Below are positions 62,317 through 64,000 of a stretch of 64,000 nt of DNA, piece by piece. The translations under genes were made by a program, and so were the position numbers. Below the pieces are notes generated by a model, which searched no databases, was not told the origin of the DNA, and worked only from the letters and a program-made list of their open reading frames with translations. Source of the DNA: an uncultured Actinomycetes bacterium (lineage in GTDB: Bacteria; Actinomycetota; Actinomycetes; Mycobacteriales; SCTD01); NCBI GenBank assembly GCA_963784675.1, contig CAWASE010000014.1, positions 41,396 through 105,395 on the forward strand, read 5' to 3'. The stretch's first letter is position 1, and every line of letters begins with the position of its first letter.

Positions 62317-64000
62317 TCAGGCAGCAGGGCGGAAGGTCCGTACGAGCTCGGTGAACACGGAGCCCGCGGCGTCCCAGTCGCTGTCGTTGGTCTGCCAGTA
62401 CAGGCCGTACCAGGCGTCGGCCGCGCCCTCGCGAGGTACGACGAAGCCGCGGTCGAGCACGCGCAGGGCGGTCTGGTCGGTGTAGGTGAACGCCAGGTCC
62501 GCGGCGTCGTAGTCACGGAACTCGACCGGCTCCAGGCTCAGCTGCGTGTAGTCGGCCAGGCTGCCCCGCAGCGCCTGGGAGAACGAGCGCCAGCGGGCCA
62601 CGGCGGTGCCCTCGGCGGTCCCGGCCTCGATGCGCAGGCTCCGCCGGTCGGCGTCGTTGCGGAACTGCACCTGGTCGCGGCGGTCCGAGCGCGCGTAGCC
62701 GGGAGGTACGCCCACGCTCCAGCCCTCGGCCTGATCGGTGTACAGCGTCCAGCCGGTCGGGAGCGAGGTGTCCAGAGCGGCGGTGGGGCTGGGCCGGCCC
62801 GCTGCGGGCGAGGCGTCCTCGCCGGCGAAACGGGTCGTGGCCGGCGGGGTCCGGGTCAGGACGTAGGTGCCCAACCCGGTGCCCACAGCCAGCACGGCCA
62901 GCAGCAGGAGCAGGGGGACGGGCGAGCGGCGAGGACGCTGCCGCACCGGCTCGGGCAGCCGTGGCAGGCGTGCAGGTGCCGGGCTGTCGCGAGCGCGAGG
63001 CGGATCCGGCCGGGCATGGCGGGGGCCAGGGTCAGGGGGCGCGGGGGGCAGGCTCGCCCGGTCTCGCGTCGCCGGCGCCGTACCTTGCCCGGCGGTGCCC
63101 GCCGCGGCGGCGGCCAGGCTGTCCCGCAGCGCGAGGACGGGGAGCTCGGTGGTGTCGCGGTCCAGCTCGCTGCCGGGGACGCCTCCGCTCTGCGCGGCGT
63201 TCGTCTCGGCGGCCGGCACGGGCAACCCCTGCGCGGCCGCGCCCGCCTGGGCCGGGGTGCCGGCGAGGGGCAGCAGCGCGCGCCGCGCCGCCGGGGCGTC
63301 CAAGCGCTGGGCCGGCTCGCGCTCGAGCAGGCCCGACAGCACCGGCGCGAGCGCCCCGGCGAGGGTGAAGGGCGCGTGCTGCCCGGTGACCACCGCCGTG
63401 ACGGTGCGCAACGGGTCGCCACCGCCGTCGTAGGGGGCGCGTCCCTCGACCGCCGCGAACAGCGTGGCACCGAGCGACCACAGGTCGGACTCCGGCCCGG
63501 GGGCCTGCCCGCGCGCCCGCTCGGGGGCGATGAACGCCGGCGAGCCCAGCAGCATGCCGGTGCCGGTGATGCTGACGTCGCCGGCCGTCGAGGCCAGGCC
63601 GAAGTCGGTGAGCACCACCCGGCCGGGATCGTCGCCCGACGGCGGGCCCAGCAGCACGTTCCCGGGCTTGACGTCGCGGTGCAGGATCTTGCGGCGGTGC
63701 GCCGTCTCCAGCGCGCCCAGCAGGGCCAGCCCTACCTGCGCGGTGCGCTGCACGCTGAGCGGACCCTGCTCACGCACCTGCTGCGAGAGCGTGCGGGCCT
63801 GGACCAGCTCCATCACCAGGAACGGCGAGCCGTCCTGCTCGACGACGTCGAACACCGTGACGGCGCTCGGATGGTCGAGCCGGGCCGCGGCGCGGGCCTC
63901 TCGGCGGGTGCGCTCGCGCATGACCTCGCGGTCGGCGTCGGACAGCCCGGGCGGGAACGTGACCTCCTTGACGGCGACCTCGCGCCCGAGCACCTCGTCC
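62317..64000 (-). CDS. Transmembrane Ser/Thr protein kinase (N-terminus outside the window) with an unassigned extracellular C-terminal domain
   Basis: It has VAVKEV (catalytic Lys), HRDVKPGNVLL, DFG and SPAFIAPE. These are followed by a Pro/Ala-rich linker, a TM helix (PLLLLLAVLAVGTGLGTYVL) and a ~170-aa ectodomain. The reading frame continues past 64000. Confidence 0.9.
   Translation of the reverse strand, partial: DEVLGREVAVKEVTFPPGLSDADREVMRERTRREARAAARLDHPSAVTVFDVVEQDGSPFLVMELVQARTLSQQVREQGPLSVQRTAQVGLALLGALETAHRRKILHRDVKPGNVLLGPPSGDDPGRVVLTDFGLASTAGDVSITGTGMLLGSPAFIAPERARGQAPGPESDLWSLGATLFAAVEGRAPYDGGGDPLRTVTAVVTGQHAPFTLAGALAPVLSGLLEREPAQRLDAPAARRALLPLAGTPAQAGAAAQGLPVPAAETNAAQSGGVPGSELDRDTTELPVLALRDSLAAAAAGTAGQGTAPATRDRASLPPAPPDPGPRHARPDPPRARDSPAPARLPRLPEPVRQRPRRSPVPLLLLLAVLAVGTGLGTYVLTRTPPATTRFAGEDASPAAGRPSPTAALDTSLPTGWTLYTDQAEGWSVGVPPGYARSDRRDQVQFRNDADRRSLRIEAGTAEGTAVARWRSFSQALRGSLADYTQLSLEPVEFRDYDAADLAFTYTDQTALRVLDRGFVVPREGAADAWYGLYWQTNDSDWDAAGSVFTELVRTFRPAA

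Overview
Very GC-rich, gene-dense stretch of an actinobacterial (Actinomycetota) chromosome: about 60 genes and no intergenic gap above roughly 200 nt. I found no rRNA, tRNA, CRISPR array, transposase or integrase.

Content, left to right:
- Minus-strand sugar-nucleotide and glycosyltransferase operon headed by a Tat-secreted GH10 hydrolase (1-6896).
- LPXTG-anchored BNR/Asp-box protein.
- Operon of two ABC half-transporters plus a Vms1-like (acVLRF1) peptidyl-tRNA hydrolase homologue.
- Divergent PspC-domain protein / PspC-domain histidine kinase / LuxR regulator cluster.
- UbiA prenyltransferase and small membrane proteins, then a GHKL-ATPase plus STAS-like (DUF4325) pair.
- pcrA; a membrane protein fused to a GntR wHTH; an M23 peptidase.
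- About 7 kb of accessory-looking enzymes.
- Housekeeping genes: sucCD, perM-like, purN, purH, folD, mdh, monomeric icd, trpS, thiolase, DD-carboxypeptidase, sdhCDAB, and a partial Ser/Thr kinase.

From memory, gene order resembles the M. tuberculosis Rv0949-Rv0957 and Rv3316-Rv3356 blocks. Many adjacent genes overlap by 4 nt (ATGA or GTGA), which suggests translational coupling.

Main caveat: five conserved genes carry single-base-type frameshifts (PIG-L deacetylase, phosphoesterase, AccD-AccA carboxyltransferase, folD, sdhA), and one or two further junctions look suspicious. This pattern looks more like assembly indel error than real gene decay.

I saw no clear-cut novel multi-gene system. 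The most interesting candidates are the acVLRF1-ABC operon, the ATPase/STAS pair, the DinB-pentapeptide-DinB fusion and the FHA-LuxR/kinase elements next to TCA-cycle operons. All calls rest on reading the ORF translations and the DNA by eye; no searches were run.
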